A stretch of DNA of 62,632 nucleotides, the filler included, from Basidioascus undulatus (lineage: Eukaryota): the NCBI GenBank assembly GCA_000826855.1. It is 9 parts of 9 records of this genome, joined end to end, with 100 filler letters (N's around TTAATTAATTAA, not from the genome) between each part and the next. Parts side by side here need not be neighbours in the genome. Positions count along the whole stretch, not along the records: positions 48,830 to 55,681 come from JTLS01001667.1; positions 55,782 to 62,632 come from JTLS01001668.1; 7 more parts are not named here. One strand, given 5' to 3'. The translations under genes and the position numbers were made by a program. Positions 50,421 to 62,294 of this stretch are shown piece after piece (positions within the stretch are counted from its first letter, which is position 1; each line of letters opens with the position of its first letter). The notes beneath the pieces are model-generated. The model was given only the letters and a program-made list of their open reading frames with translations. It had not been told where the DNA came from and did not search any database.

Positions 50421-51666
50421 ATGTCTTCCTCAACGTCGTCCCCCGCCGCCGCTCCCAATGGCTCCACCGCGCCTCTCACGCTGCGCATCGGATCGCGCAA
50501 GTCCGTGCTCGCGATGATCCAGGCGAACCTCGTGCGCTCGTGGCTGCTCGAGCACCACCCGCACGCGGAGATCACGATCGTGGGGATGTCAACCGCGGGC
50601 GACGCGGATAAGGTCTCGGCGCTGTACCTCATGGGCGGCTCGGACAAGGGCCTCTGGACGAAGGAGCTCGAGAGCGCGCTCATCGACGGCCAGGTCGACA
50701 TGATCGTCCACTCGCTCAAAGACGTCCAGACCACCCTGCCCGACGGGTGTACGCTCGGCGCGATTCCACTGCGCGAGGACCCGCGTGACGCGTTCGTCGT
50801 GAAGAAGGGGCTGGACTACAAGCGGCTAGAGGACTTGCCGGAGGGGAGCGTAGTCGGGACGAGCAGCGTGCGGCGAGTCGCCCAGCTGAGGAGGAAGTTC
50901 CCTAAGTTGGTCTTTGCCGACATTGTGCGTTTCTTTTCCCATCTCTGGCTGGGCAGGATGACGGTCTGACACCCTCTCCCTGACGGGTCTTTTCTCCGAA
51001 GCGAGGAAACCTGTGCGTCTTCCTGCGACCTCCTCCCCCTCCCTTACATCGTCCTGATGCCATCTTCCATGCCCTAGCGACACCCGCCTGTCCAAGCTCG
51101 ACTCCCCCACCGGCCCCTACACGGCGCTCATCCTCGCGTCCGCAGGGCTCAAGCGCTTCTCCCCCGCGCACGCCTCGCGCATCACCACGCCTCTGTCCTC
51201 CCCCACGCTCCTGCACGCCGTTGGCCAAGGCGCCCTCGGTATCGAGATCCGGACGAACGACGCGCGCGTCTCGTCCGCGCTCGCGCCGCTGCGGCACCGC
51301 GAGTCCGAGTTGGCAACGGCCGCGGAGCGCGCGCTCCTGCGCTTCCTCGAGGGCGGGTGCTCCGTCCCCGTCGGCGTCGAAACGACCGTGACGCTCCAAG
51401 AGGGTGGGCGCGCGACGCTCGACTTCCGCGCGAGCTTGACGAGCCTGTCGGGCGCGCAGCACGTCGAGCGCGCCGTGCGGGTCGAGATTGCGAGCGAGGA
51501 GGAGGCCGCCGAGGCGGGCGTCCAGCTCGGGAGGGAGCTTGTCGAGGCGGGTGGGTGGGAGATCTTGAAGGAGGTGGATGAGATGAAGAGCCGGGAGGAG
51601 AAGGAGAAGCGCGAGAAGCGCGAGGGCGGGTGGAGAGAGATGCCCGTCGAGGAGGCCGCTCAGTAG
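50421..51666 (+). CDS. HEM3: Porphobilinogen deaminase (hydroxymethylbilane synthase)
   Basis: [50 protein letters not shown], spliced [23 protein letters not shown] and [18 protein letters not shown]. Confidence 0.96.
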
Positions 51667-51979
51667 GGGACGCATAGACGTGTGCTTTCGGGCTAATAGA
51701 GAATTCTGACCGTGTCCCCTGTTGTGTTGCAGGCGCGGGAGTCCAGGGCCTGCAGGCTCGCAGACTGACAGGCTTCTAGTCGAACTCTCGTACAGCTTTC
51801 GGCAGCCTGGGTCTCCGTCATTCAGGCTTACGCAACCAACTCACTCAAACATGTTTCTCGCGAAACACTTGATCGAATAATACATTTTGCTCTCCGGCTC
51901 CCCGGCTCAGCCATCGATCTCGATCAACGTTCCCTCGCCAGCTCTTTCCCATGGACCTCTTCCCAGTCGCTCCTGCCGC

Positions 51980-54264
51980 TCAAACTCCCTCGCCCCTCAC
52001 GCGCTTGCTCCTCCTCGTCCCGATGCTGCCGCTGCCGCCGCCCGCCGATGGGCTCCCCTCGCCCACGTATTCCCCTGCGTCACTCCCCTGCTCGGCGGGC
52101 ACAGCAGCGCGGCGCTTCTTGCGGCCGTCGACGTACGCCTCCTCGCGCAGGAGTTCCATGAGCGAGTGGAGCGTCGGCTGCTTGGCCTCGATCGTGCGCC
52201 GGTGGTCGAGGTAGTTGATCGCTGTGAGGGGTTCGGAGGATACGGTCAGCGGAGAAAGCTGAAGGCTGGAGGGAGTTCGCGGCGCTCACCGGTCTGTATC
52301 GGGTCTGGGTTGCTCGCGGGGTAGGACTTGGCGAGGCGGAGGACCTCCTCGAGGAGCGCCTTTCTCTTGTAGTAGTAGCTCGACTCGGACGAGCGGCGGC
52401 GCCACTCGACCCCGTCTGTCCGATCCCCCCGCAGCAGGTCAACAGGCGATCGTCCAGGCTCATCCGGGCGCGAGAGGATTCAAACACCCAACATGTGTTC
52501 TCGAGGTACTCGACTGCCGGCCCGCCGTTAATGCCACTGTGTTTCCAACATTTTATGAGCGTCTCGAGAACGGACACGTGGGGAAACACAGAGCACGCAC
52601 TGCTTCCATTCGTTCCAGACCTCCTGCACGCTCGACAGTCCGCGCTCCATCTTGTGGTTCATGTGCTGTGCCTCCCGCTGCGCCTGCACCTCCTCCGCGA
52701 TCGGGGCCCTAACCGGGCTGAGCGCACCGCCGTTTCCGGGCGTCGGCGCGTCGTACGTCCACTCCGACATCTCCGAGGGGGACGGGTGCGTCGGGAACGG
52801 CGAGGGGGACGCGTCCTCGGGCGTCGGCGGCCTGAACGGATCCAGCGGCGGGAGGTGCGGGAGATGCAGGGATGGGAGCGTGATTCCGTGCTGCTGCTGG
52901 GAGGATGGCGGGCCGGCCGGCGCGTACGGGTAGTAGCTCTGCTGCGGCGGGGGGAGGTGCAGGTGGAATGGGTGCGGCGAGAAGAGGAATGGAGGAAGCT
53001 GCGGCTCGTGAGGGTGCGGGGCGTCCAGCTGCAAGTGCGGGTGCGGGTCCAGCTGCAATTCGGGCGACTGCGATGTCCCCGCCGGCAGCTGCTGGGTCTC
53101 CGTGTGTAGCGACGGGGACGGTACGATGTCGGCAGATGTTCCCTGAGTGGAAGGACTGAGCGGTAAGGTCGAGAGGTCAAGTCAGTCGAAACGACGCACC
53201 CTCGTCGCTGGCGAAAGAGAAAGCGACTGCTGCTCCTTGGGCTGCTGCGTCTCCTCTCCCTGCTGCTCCGACTGCGCGTCCTCGGCCGTACGGGGGCTCT
53301 GTTACATTTCAGCTTTATGCATCTTCAATCGTCAAGTCGAGAGTGTCGAGCGTACCTGTCCCTGCCCCGGGCCCCCCCTCGCCCAAGCCTGTGCCTGCGC
53401 CTGCGCCTGCACGCCCGCAATGATGCGCCTGAGCTCCGCCGCCCCCGCTGCGTCCGTGCTGATTCCGAGCGTGCGCGCGAGCTCGAGCTCCTCGGGGTCG
53501 AGCGGGACGGCAGACTCGGTCGCTTCTGCAGGAGATGTCAGAGGGGGACCTGTACGGGGAATTGTCAGCGCGACGCACCGGTGTGGTCGACGGTAGCGTT
53601 AGAGACGATGGAGTCGGCGCGGGGACGCGTTTGGGAGTCGATCGTGCTGGTTGTGACGAGCGAGAGCTGGGGAGTTGAGAGGATGTAAATAAGCGCTGCG
53701 AGTTTAGAGCCGGGAGGGGGGTCGGCACGCACTCCCAGCTTTTCCATGAGGCGACGCCCGCCCTGGCTGCGGATGATGGCGACCGCACCGAGGATGACGG
53801 CGAGGGAAGCAACGTCTGCAAGGTGTATGGATGAGCTTTCAGGTCTGAATCATTTCAGAGTATCTTAGCTCTGGTCTCGAGGCTTCCATCGCTGCGTTGT
53901 GGCAACCGTACAATCCCATCTGGACCGGCACCTCCCCCATAGGCTGCAACGGTTCCCCTCACTGTCCCCATTCTCTCCTGAACTGCATCTCCTCGACCCT
54001 ACCACCCAGCCCCTCTCTCCACCTCAACCGCAGCCACATCCAGCCAGTCGGGAAAGAAACCGACCACCCACCGGCTGCGTCCGACTCACCAGCTCCCTGT
54101 TCCCCGATGAGCGAGCCGCGCAGCTCCTTCCACATCGAAACTATCTCCCTAGAGGTTTCTAGTTCCTGCTCGAGGTGGTTGATGCGCCCGGTGAGGTTGA
54201 GGAGGACGTTGAGGAACGCCCCCTGCAGCCCGGGTGTCGGGGGATTCGGCGGCGGGTCACACAT
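51980..54264 (-). CDS. GCR1_C-domain DNA-binding protein (Gcr1/Msn1/Hot1/CryptonF-type)
   Basis: Spliced C-terminal domain HKMERGLSSVQEVWNEWKHGINGGPAVEYLENTYGVEWRRRSSESSYYYKRKALLEEV, preceded by an N-terminal coiled coil and a His/Pro-rich linker. Confidence 0.85.
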
Positions 54265-55283
54265 GATGCGAGCGGTGCAGACAGTGCTCGATGGCTGCTT
54301 TTTTTTCTTAAGGGAGTGGAGATGATGGTGGTGGCTGGAAGAGAAAGACTTTGGGCATAATTTCGGGATTCTCCAAGGCGTGGGCGGCTCAGCGACGGGG
54401 GCGTGGTTGAACGCTGTGTCAGCAGTGGAAACGGAGACGGAGGGCGGACCATCCTGCAGTGCCTCCGGGGGTCTTGACCGGAACGCTCTGCTCGGAAATT
54501 AAACTGACTATTTGAGAATCCGGAATTACTGAACTATTTATGCATAGATCGACATTTCACTGTACGATGTGGCCTTGTGTGCGTGGTGGTGCATTTTCAC
54601 ACGTCCGCAGTCCGACAGCATGGGAAACCCCTTAGCAGGAGGGTTTTGAAGACTCAAATCAAACAAAATAGCCACTTAAAACTCATGCTAAGCTTTGTAC
54701 GTCCTGCCGTGGCGAGTACGAGCGTTGCAGCGCCTGAAAGTGTCGAGGCATGAGCTGGCAGCTCTTTCGCTGTCTGCACGCTCTTCCTTCAACTGCAGGA
54801 TCTTCAAGTTGGTTTCGCTGCTCTTCTCTTCCTGAGCTGTTGCTACATACAAGAAGTCGGGGTCGTCTGCGGCGTTCCCTTTCGCAACCCACTTCCCGTA
54901 TCCCGCCGCGGCTTCCGGTGTGGAGTGACATAGCTACCGACCTCTGCCCTGGTCGTCGTCTGTCTATGAGAGAGGATTAAAGGTTCATGAATATGGATAG
55001 GACAGGTACAGAGGGAGTAGTTAAGCACTTGGTTAACAGAAGGAAGAAGCAATGGAAGAGAGCAAGGCCAAAGAGGGCCTAATGCATCTCAGAAGATTAG
55101 GCTCACATCATGCATGTGCACTCTAGATATACAAAAGGCTCATAACCGAAAAGGGAGATAAGAAAGTTGTACATCATGAGTGACAATTGGAAACGGCTAG
55201 ACGCTCTTTTCCGCACGCTAGTTCCGGAGTTCCCTTCAGAAGTGTGGGTCAACCCTCCTTGCCCTTCCACCACTACCATCACC

Positions 55284-55670
55284 ATGTGTACCACTTTCAT
55301 CTTGGAGCCAAATTCTTTACACCCACCCACCCCTCGATTTTCCATCGAGCTCATCGGGCACGTCATCAAGCAGCTAGCCACGCCCATTCATCCCGTCGCG
55401 TACGGCTCCCCGGGCGACGTCCTCGACACGCTCCGATCGCTGTGCCTCGTGTCCAAATCCGTTCACGGTATAGCGGTAGAGCATCTTCAAGAACCTGTAT
55501 TCGCCATCAGTCCCGCTTTCGGAGCGCAAACCATCACGCGCTCGCCCGCGCTCAAGACCGTGTCGCTCGCCCTGGGGCCTTTCTGCCTTTACGGCGGCGT
55601 CCTCGGAGCACTGCAGGAGCGTGAGCGGGGGTTCGAGCGCCTCATCGATCTCCATCGATCCACCATCTAG
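55284..55670 (+). pseudogene. F-box-like paralog (copy B), ends in a probably premature TAG
   Basis: PRFSIELIGHVIKQL..DTLRSLCLVSK, highly similar to 48830-49166. Stop after 128 codons, followed by coding-like AGG CTC CTC. Confidence 0.5.
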
Positions 55671-55681
55671 AGGCTCCTCCT

Positions 55682-55781
55682 NNNNNNNNNNNNNNNNNNN
55701 NNNNNNNNNNNNNNNNNNNNNNNNNTTAATTAATTAANNNNNNNNNNNNNNNNNNNNNNNNNNNNNNNNNNNNNNNNNNNN
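55682..55781. other. Artificial contig spacer
   Basis: N44-TTAATTAATTAA-N44. Confidence 0.98.
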
Positions 55782-57466
55782 GGCTTCGCCTGCCAGAGCG
55801 GAAAGGCTGGGGTGGGTTGGGCTGGAGGGGCGCGTGGAGGTGGGGTGCGAGATGCAGAAGGATGAGCGAGGAGTGGGTTTCGAGCAGGCGGGTGAACGTG
55901 AATGCGAGGGCGGTGGCGTGCGATTGCGGGAGGGGCGGACGGGGAGTGTCGGTGGACGGGGGGGAGAAGACTGAGAGGAGGAGGGGAGTGAGGTGGCGGT
56001 AATAGGCCTGCGAGACGGTGTGAGTCGTGATTCCAGCACGGCGAGAGTGTCGTATAGGGACATGAAGCGCACTTCTCGATCCATGTCCCGCGGCGGTGTA
56101 CCCAGCAGCCTGGCGACGTGCTCGAGTTTGGCCAGCGGCGCCGCTACGGATGCCATCGAAATTCGTATCAGCACTACTCGCCCAGCATTAAACGTTTACT
56201 CAAACTCAAGCCGCTCACCTTCTTCTGTACCTCCGGCTCCATCCTCCCTTCCAAACACACCATCCAGCAGTCCCTCGATCCCGCCCGGGCGGAGCAGCTG
56301 GGCGGTCATCAGGCTGCTGCACGCTTGGCAGACGTGCGGCGGCGGAGGGACTCGGCGCGGAGGCGTCGTGGCGGTCGTTAGGGGGGACATGGCGCTGCCG
56401 AGAGAGGAGAGCGCGAGTGAAGATGGGAGGCTGAAGGATGTTCCAAGCGCGAGACATTCAGCACGGGCTGACTTCTGAAAATGAAAACAACGCACATGTT
56501 CAAGAACTCCTTGACTCGGCCCTTCATCTCCTCCTTCTCCTCATCGCCGCCCACGCTCGCCCACCCAACCGCCACCCCAGCGCGCAGCACGTCCGCAGCA
56601 TGGCGTGTCAAGACCGTCTCCGCAACGGGCGTGAGGTCACGGATCCCCTGCGGCGGGCCGCGCACGACGCTGCCCTCCGCCATCTGCAGCAGGTCGCCCT
56701 CGTCGCGCACGAGGTCGAGGAGCGGCCGTGCGAGCGCGAGGAGGTTGGCCCACGCGCGAAGAATGCCCGATCCGGAAGGATCGGGCGCGAGCTCGACGAT
56801 CCGGGCGGACTGGGAGGTGGGGATGGGGGAGGGGGAGAGGAGCGGGTAGAGGCGGAGGAGGAGGGGTGTGAGCGCCCAGCGGGCGAAGAGGGATGCCAGG
56901 GTTCGCATGAGGTGCAGGTCGCGCACGCCGATCGAGGGCGTTGGGTCTGGCATCGCCCACCCAGAAGTGGAGCAGTCAATGCATGCTCGAGGCGGACGAG
57001 ACTGTACATGCGGTGGTTTCATCTTCTTCCCTTCCACCGCGGCTTTCCCAAACCGCGCCATCCCCAGTGGTACAGTCAGGAAAGGAGAACTGGGACTTAC
57101 TACTGGATCGAATCTCCTCCAGCCCGGCCCTGTGCAACCCATCAAGCACCCGCAGCGCAGCGACGCCGGTGCGCCATTCGACATCCTTCGGGTCGCCCAG
57201 CTTCTCGAGCCGTTCCCACTCGAGCAAGCGCTCTCCTTTGAGCACTTCCTCACAATTCTCCAGCCGCTTGCCTAAGACGTCTCTGAGATCTGCAGGGGAA
57301 TGAGGTGAGCGGGACTCGCGAGCTTGGCGACAGAGCGGAGCCGGTGCGCACCTTTAGAAGGCGTTGACGAGGATGGAAGCGGCTTGCCGAGCGGGTCGAC
57401 ACCGAGCAGCGCCCGCCCGGCGTTTAAATAGAGGTGTACGCCGGGAGACGATAGCGGGCGCGCCAT
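55782..57466 (-). CDS. RTP1/TANGO6-like ARM/HEAT protein, N-terminal part
   Basis: IGVRDLHLMRTLASLFARWAL, LLRPGGIEGLLDGVFG and LAKLEHVARLLGTPPRDM..YY..L.PLLLS resemble fungal Rtp1/Tango6. Confidence 0.65.
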
Positions 57467-58136
57467 TGCGGATGGGGAGATGGTGATGGTGAGCAAAGAC
57501 GGACCACCGGCGAAGCAGAGAGAACAAGCCGGATTGTCAGCACAACAACGTCAGCACTCTCATCGGCTTGAACGATGAGCGGCAAGTTGCGAAGACACTC
57601 GCAAGCTCAGGCTTCCCTGTTCGCGGTGCGTAAACCCGAGTACACAAATGTCGGCGGAGTTGTAGCATGCGATAACGGTAAATTCAACGGGTGCTGCTGG
57701 GTGCGGCCTGTTTCCATCGGCCTTGGTCTTGCGCAATCAGCGAACTCGGCGGTGCTCCACCAGCATGTTGGCTCAGCAGGTGATGGCAGCTGGTATTCAC
57801 TGTCCAGAAGCAGGTAGAATGCACTCGACTGAGAAGCACGCCGGAGAGGAACCCGTGAGGCAGGAGACGTGGCAGGCGCACGCACTCTCTTCGCGCGCCG
57901 ACGAAGACCTCTGAAGGCTACACCTTTCTGTGTCGCTCCCAAGGACAAGCTTTTTGCTGTAGTAGATGTGGGATAAAAGAGGGTCCTTGCATGGCGCTCA
58001 TACATGCAGTAGGGCGCTACTCGTCATCACTTACTCTGTGGATAATCCTTATGATTTCCCAGCACCTGGTGGCACAGCTGTTTGGTCTTCCCGCATTACA
58101 TAAGATTAAAAAAAAGAATACGGCTTGCATGGATAT

Positions 58137-58208
58137 GTCGTGTTGGCGCAATGGTAGCGCGTCGGTTTCCGATACCGGAGGTTGTGGGTTCGAGTCCCAT
58201 GCACGACT
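58137..58208 (+). tRNA. tRNA-Arg(CCG), intronless
   Basis: GTCGTGT/GCACGAC acceptor; GCGC-AATGGTA-GCGC D arm; TCGGT-TTCCGAT-ACCGG; GTGGG-TTCGAGT-CCCAT; oligo-T follows. Confidence 0.92.
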
Positions 58209-58748
58209 TTTTCGCCGTGTAGTTCTTTTTGCTGCGCAACGGCAGCCATGTCCACCACACCCGCCCTTGTTCCCATCCTGCTCCTTGCACCACATTCTCG
58301 TTCCCCCGTTGTCACGCAGCCGCTCAATTCCCGGGGTTCTCGTCAGGTTTCTTCGCTAGCAAGTCATCCTTTCCGATCAAGCTGAGCTGGACTACAAAGC
58401 GTTGTTGCTTTCACTGCTGTAAAAATTCAGCCTTCGGGAGTCCCGACGATGCACGAGAAGCACGAGCCGTGTCACACGACGCGAACTTGCTTGCTGTGCT
58501 GCAGCCGTCGCTTACGCCGGCACCAGCCCGACGAGCCCTGGTCTTATTGCCCTTACCCTCTTGCCTTCACTTCCCTCGCAGTACCAGTCTCCACCACATA
58601 TACTGAATCAGCACGGAATTGATATCCCACTGAGGTACCATCCGCTCCACCCCTCCCGCCGAGGTCGTGCTCACAACCACCCCTCCGCAGACACCCTCGT
58701 TCCGCAGACACTCATCCTCCCCCATCTCTTCCATCCCCTCCAGCCGCG

Positions 58749-59723
58749 ATGTCATCCCCCCGCCCCACTTACGCCCTCACGCGCGCCATCCCCCGCACGC
58801 TCTCCTCTGGCCAAGTGCTCTCCCCCACCACCCTGCTCTCCCTCTCCCTCTCGACCGCCGAGTCCCAGCACGCAACCTACAATGCCGCCCTCACCCCGCA
58901 CCTCGCCTCGCTCCTCCCCCTCCCCGCGCTCGACCCGCACCCCGACTCGTGCTTCGTAGAAGACACCGCTGTCCTCCTCTCGCCCCACATCGCAGTCCTC
59001 ACGCAGCCGGGCCACACCACGCGGCGGGGCGAGACGCCGTCAATCTTCGACGCGCTGCGGAAGCTCCCGGCGCCCCCGAGCGAGATAGTGAGGATGGAGG
59101 AGGTGGATTTGGAGGCGTTCGCGGATGGGGGCGACGTGTTGTGTCTGGGGACGCACCTAGTTGTGGGGCTGTCTGAAAGGACGAACGAGCGCGGGGCGAA
59201 GGTGCTTTGCGATGCGGCGAGAAGGGCGGGGGTGGAGGGCGTTGTTGTGAGGTGTCTGGCGGGGCGGACGAACAATCTGCATTTGAAGTGCATAGTGACG
59301 GCGGTAGATGAGGACACGGTGGTCATAGCGGACACGGACGTCGGGCGAGCCGTGCACAAGGAGATCGAGTCCCTCATTGGGGTGCGTTTCCCTCCCTCTT
59401 CCTTTCTTTCTTCACCCATCTCACCATCTCCCTCCCACCCGCATTCTACCTCACAGCGCCCCCTCCACCCCCTCCACACCCCTTCCTTCTTCCACGCCAA
59501 CGTCCTGCGCCTCCCCCCGTTAGTCCCGCTCCCTCCTTCCCCCTCCTCGGAACGCCGCACGGTCAACGGCCCGCCCGACTGCATACTTGTCCAGATGTCC
59601 GCGCCCGCTGCACTCAAGCGCGCGCTCGCGGAGTATGCGAGGGAGGTGAAGGAGGTGGATATGAGCGAGCTGGGGAAGGTCGACGGCGCGCTTACGTGCT
59701 GCTCGCTTTTGTGGAGGCCGTAA
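58749..59723 (+). CDS. Dimethylarginine dimethylaminohydrolase (DDAH, amidinotransferase/pentein fold); one probable in-frame intron at about 59382-59456
   Basis: HPDSCFVEDTAV, PG..TRRGE, DGGDVL, VGLSERTNERG, LHLK and MSELGKVDGALTCCSLL. Catalytic Asp/His/Cys motifs are present. Confidence 0.9.
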   Translation: MSSPRPTYALTRAIPRTLSSGQVLSPTTLLSLSLSTAESQHATYNAALTPHLASLLPLPALDPHPDSCFVEDTAVLLSPHIAVLTQPGHTTRRGETPSIFDALRKLPAPPSEIVRMEEVDLEAFADGGDVLCLGTHLVVGLSERTNERGAKVLCDAARRAGVEGVVVRCLAGRTNNLHLKCIVTAVDEDTVVIADTDVGRAVHKEIESLIGVRFPPSSFLSSPISPSPSHPHSTSQRPLHPLHTPSFFHANVLRLPPLVPLPPSPSSERRTVNGPPDCILVQMSAPAALKRALAEYAREVKEVDMSELGKVDGALTCCSLLWRP

Positions 59724-62294
59724 GGGGGAGGTGGGGATGCTCAGGGACATTGGTTGGCGATTGTACCAATTGATATTGTGGTAGTGATGGATACCCGTGC
59801 GTTGCCGGAGCGAGCACCGCGATGCTACGTTGGTTCAATCTGCAGCATACCGTCCACGCATTCCTCCTGCCGCTCTGAACAGCTCGAAAGCAAGATCCAC
59901 AGCCAAGCGCTGAGATTCGCCCGAGCTCTGTGAGCTGGATGCACCACGCCCCAGTTGTCATGATTCGAATTCCTCGCGGCGCTGCGGGCGTTCCTGCGGT
60001 GAAGATGCATCTATTTCATAAGAAGACGTTTTGCTTCTCGGTTCTCCCATGTCCGAGTCTGCTGTCAAATCAAGCCAGCTGCGTAGCCTGAGCTCGAGCG
60101 AAGCCTAGATCTCCGCAAGCTGCACAGCTCTATCTGTCTTCCAGATAGACAAACACCTACTTTGGTATACTGCGGGTGAGTGGGCAGACATGAAAGAGTC
60201 CGTCTAGGTTTAGCATGGGCCGGAGCACAAGTGGAAAAGGAGGCTGGCGCGGAAGGAGGAACTACGACCTTTTTTAGGATACGAAAATTAGAGCTGTAGC
60301 GGTCTATTTGGTTAAACGAAGAACGCTGCCGTTCAGGTACTCGGGGCGCTGAAGAACTGCTGTCATGCGCCCTGTGCGCCTCTCCGCCTCCGACCACGAA
60401 AGCAGAAGGCCGAACCTTGCGATGTGATCTTCTTAATCAGACACTAGCTCCAGAATGTGGTATCATAAATTCGTTCAGGCCTTCCCGCTGCCCTTCTTGC
60501 TCCGAACGAACCGGCCACGCCCCTCCTTCAGCGCGACCGCTAGGTCCTTTAGTGTTGTTGTCAGTGCTTTGTGAAGCGAGAATGGGCGCGCCGCCTCCTT
60601 GGCCTTCGCGTGAGCATGAGAGATTTCATAGGCCCTTTCGGCCTTCCAGCCGTGCACTTCCCATCCATGATGGGCAAGCCAAGCCGGGGACTCCAGACAA
60701 AGGCCGTCACCACGCATATTTGGGGGGCAATGGGAAAACGACCGACATTCAGAAAGTCGATTGGAAGAATTTTGCTAGGTCCCATAGCCCGGCATGGATA
60801 CGAAAAAGACGTCAGCACGATTGCTCAGAAGGACGGCAGAAGGGTGAAGTACCGTGGAGCCGAGCTTTTTCGCGTCCGCCTTGTAGAGCAATCGCACTAG
60901 CTAGCCCCAAGCGTATTTTGCAATAGCTTCTTGTGTCTTCGCCACGATATCGGTGGTGGAATGGTGCTAGATGCGAGGAGGGCATCACGTTGGGCGCGGA
61001 AGAGGACGTCGGCATGCGAGTCGGACAGAACATGGGGATTGGCAGCGGATTGGCGAGTAGTGATCCATTATTAGTACTGCACAGCAGAAAGCTGGAGGTG
61101 AAGTAAACTGCAGTTTGGAATAGTGGGACATGGGGACGGGATGCGGACATGAGGGACAAAGCTCACCTTCTCTCTGCCTGCTCGCGCTCCTCCGCAGTAG
61201 TGAGAGGCAAGCCGTCCCGCTCCGCTAGGTTCTCCATGCTGCGATCATACTTTGCGGTTTCAAGATTCCGATGGGGAGGTCACAGCGAGCCCTGCGTGGC
61301 TTTCGAGAGGAATAGAGCCGCCAGCTCACACGAATATCCCTATAAAGCTTGCCTGCGCACTATAGCCCTTAAGGGGAGCTCAGAGACAGCCCGTGCTTGT
61401 GCTCCCAGGACTGGAAAAGGCCCGGTCGCGGGTCGCGGAGAATGGGAGAAGACGCGAACGCGGTGAAAGCGCGAGCCAAGATGTCGACGCCGAGTACGAG
61501 CGCCGGTGCGCGTGTCGATTGAAAGGATATGAGATGACGGTGGAAAGAATTCAGCATCCCGTGGACAACTAGTGTGTTAACGAAGGTAGGAGCGGGTAAA
61601 AACAGCGTGCAATTCGGCGTGATGATGGTAAGGGACGAAGGAGAAAACTTAAAACGAGGACGCGTCGACCGGCATGCTCGCGATGCGCTGGCTCGTGGTG
61701 ATCGACTGAGCGTCTCAGGTAGGAAGCAGAACATACTGGGAGAAGGAGGGGACGAGGGATGAGAGGAAGGAGAGAAGAAGGGAGGGAGATGGCCCGAGGG
61801 GGAAGGGGAAGGTGATGTCAGGACAGGCAGCGTCCAGCGTCCAGCTTTCATTCGTTTCTTTTACTGATCAACCCTAATTTCCGCCAAGATAGCCAATCAT
61901 CAGAAAGGACATATTTTGCTTATACCATGGTACTTCAATCGCGGTCGACCGCGCGCAAGGCAGACCGGCCGCCTGCCTCATTTATTTGGCACTTAACCTC
62001 CGTCTGGCGATGCGCGCTCGTAATGGCTCTACTCATCCCAGCCGAAATTAGCATCCGGGGGCTTGCAAGCTCGGCGCGTCCGCCGTCCGACGCTCTGTCG
62101 CACTGCGTCGCTCGCTGCGCTTCCCCTCCCCTCCCTTCCCCTTCCACCCTCAATCATGTCCTGCTTGCTCTTCAATTCCTCTTCCTTCTTTGTGTAAACC
62201 GCACGAATACGCAGAGCATACCACTATCATCCCACATCCCACCACATACGTACGCATCGCGTAGACCGCGAACGAGCACGAGGCGACAGCGATC

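Noticed and set aside
24922..51666. HEM13 and HEM3 in one window as a heme biosynthesis cluster
   Set aside because: They lie on different contigs joined artificially in roughly length order, so there is no linkage evidence.
6901..55781. Regularly spaced TTAATTAATTAA palindromes every ~7 kb
   Set aside because: They are embedded in N runs and are six-frame-stop linkers added when contigs were concatenated, so not biological.
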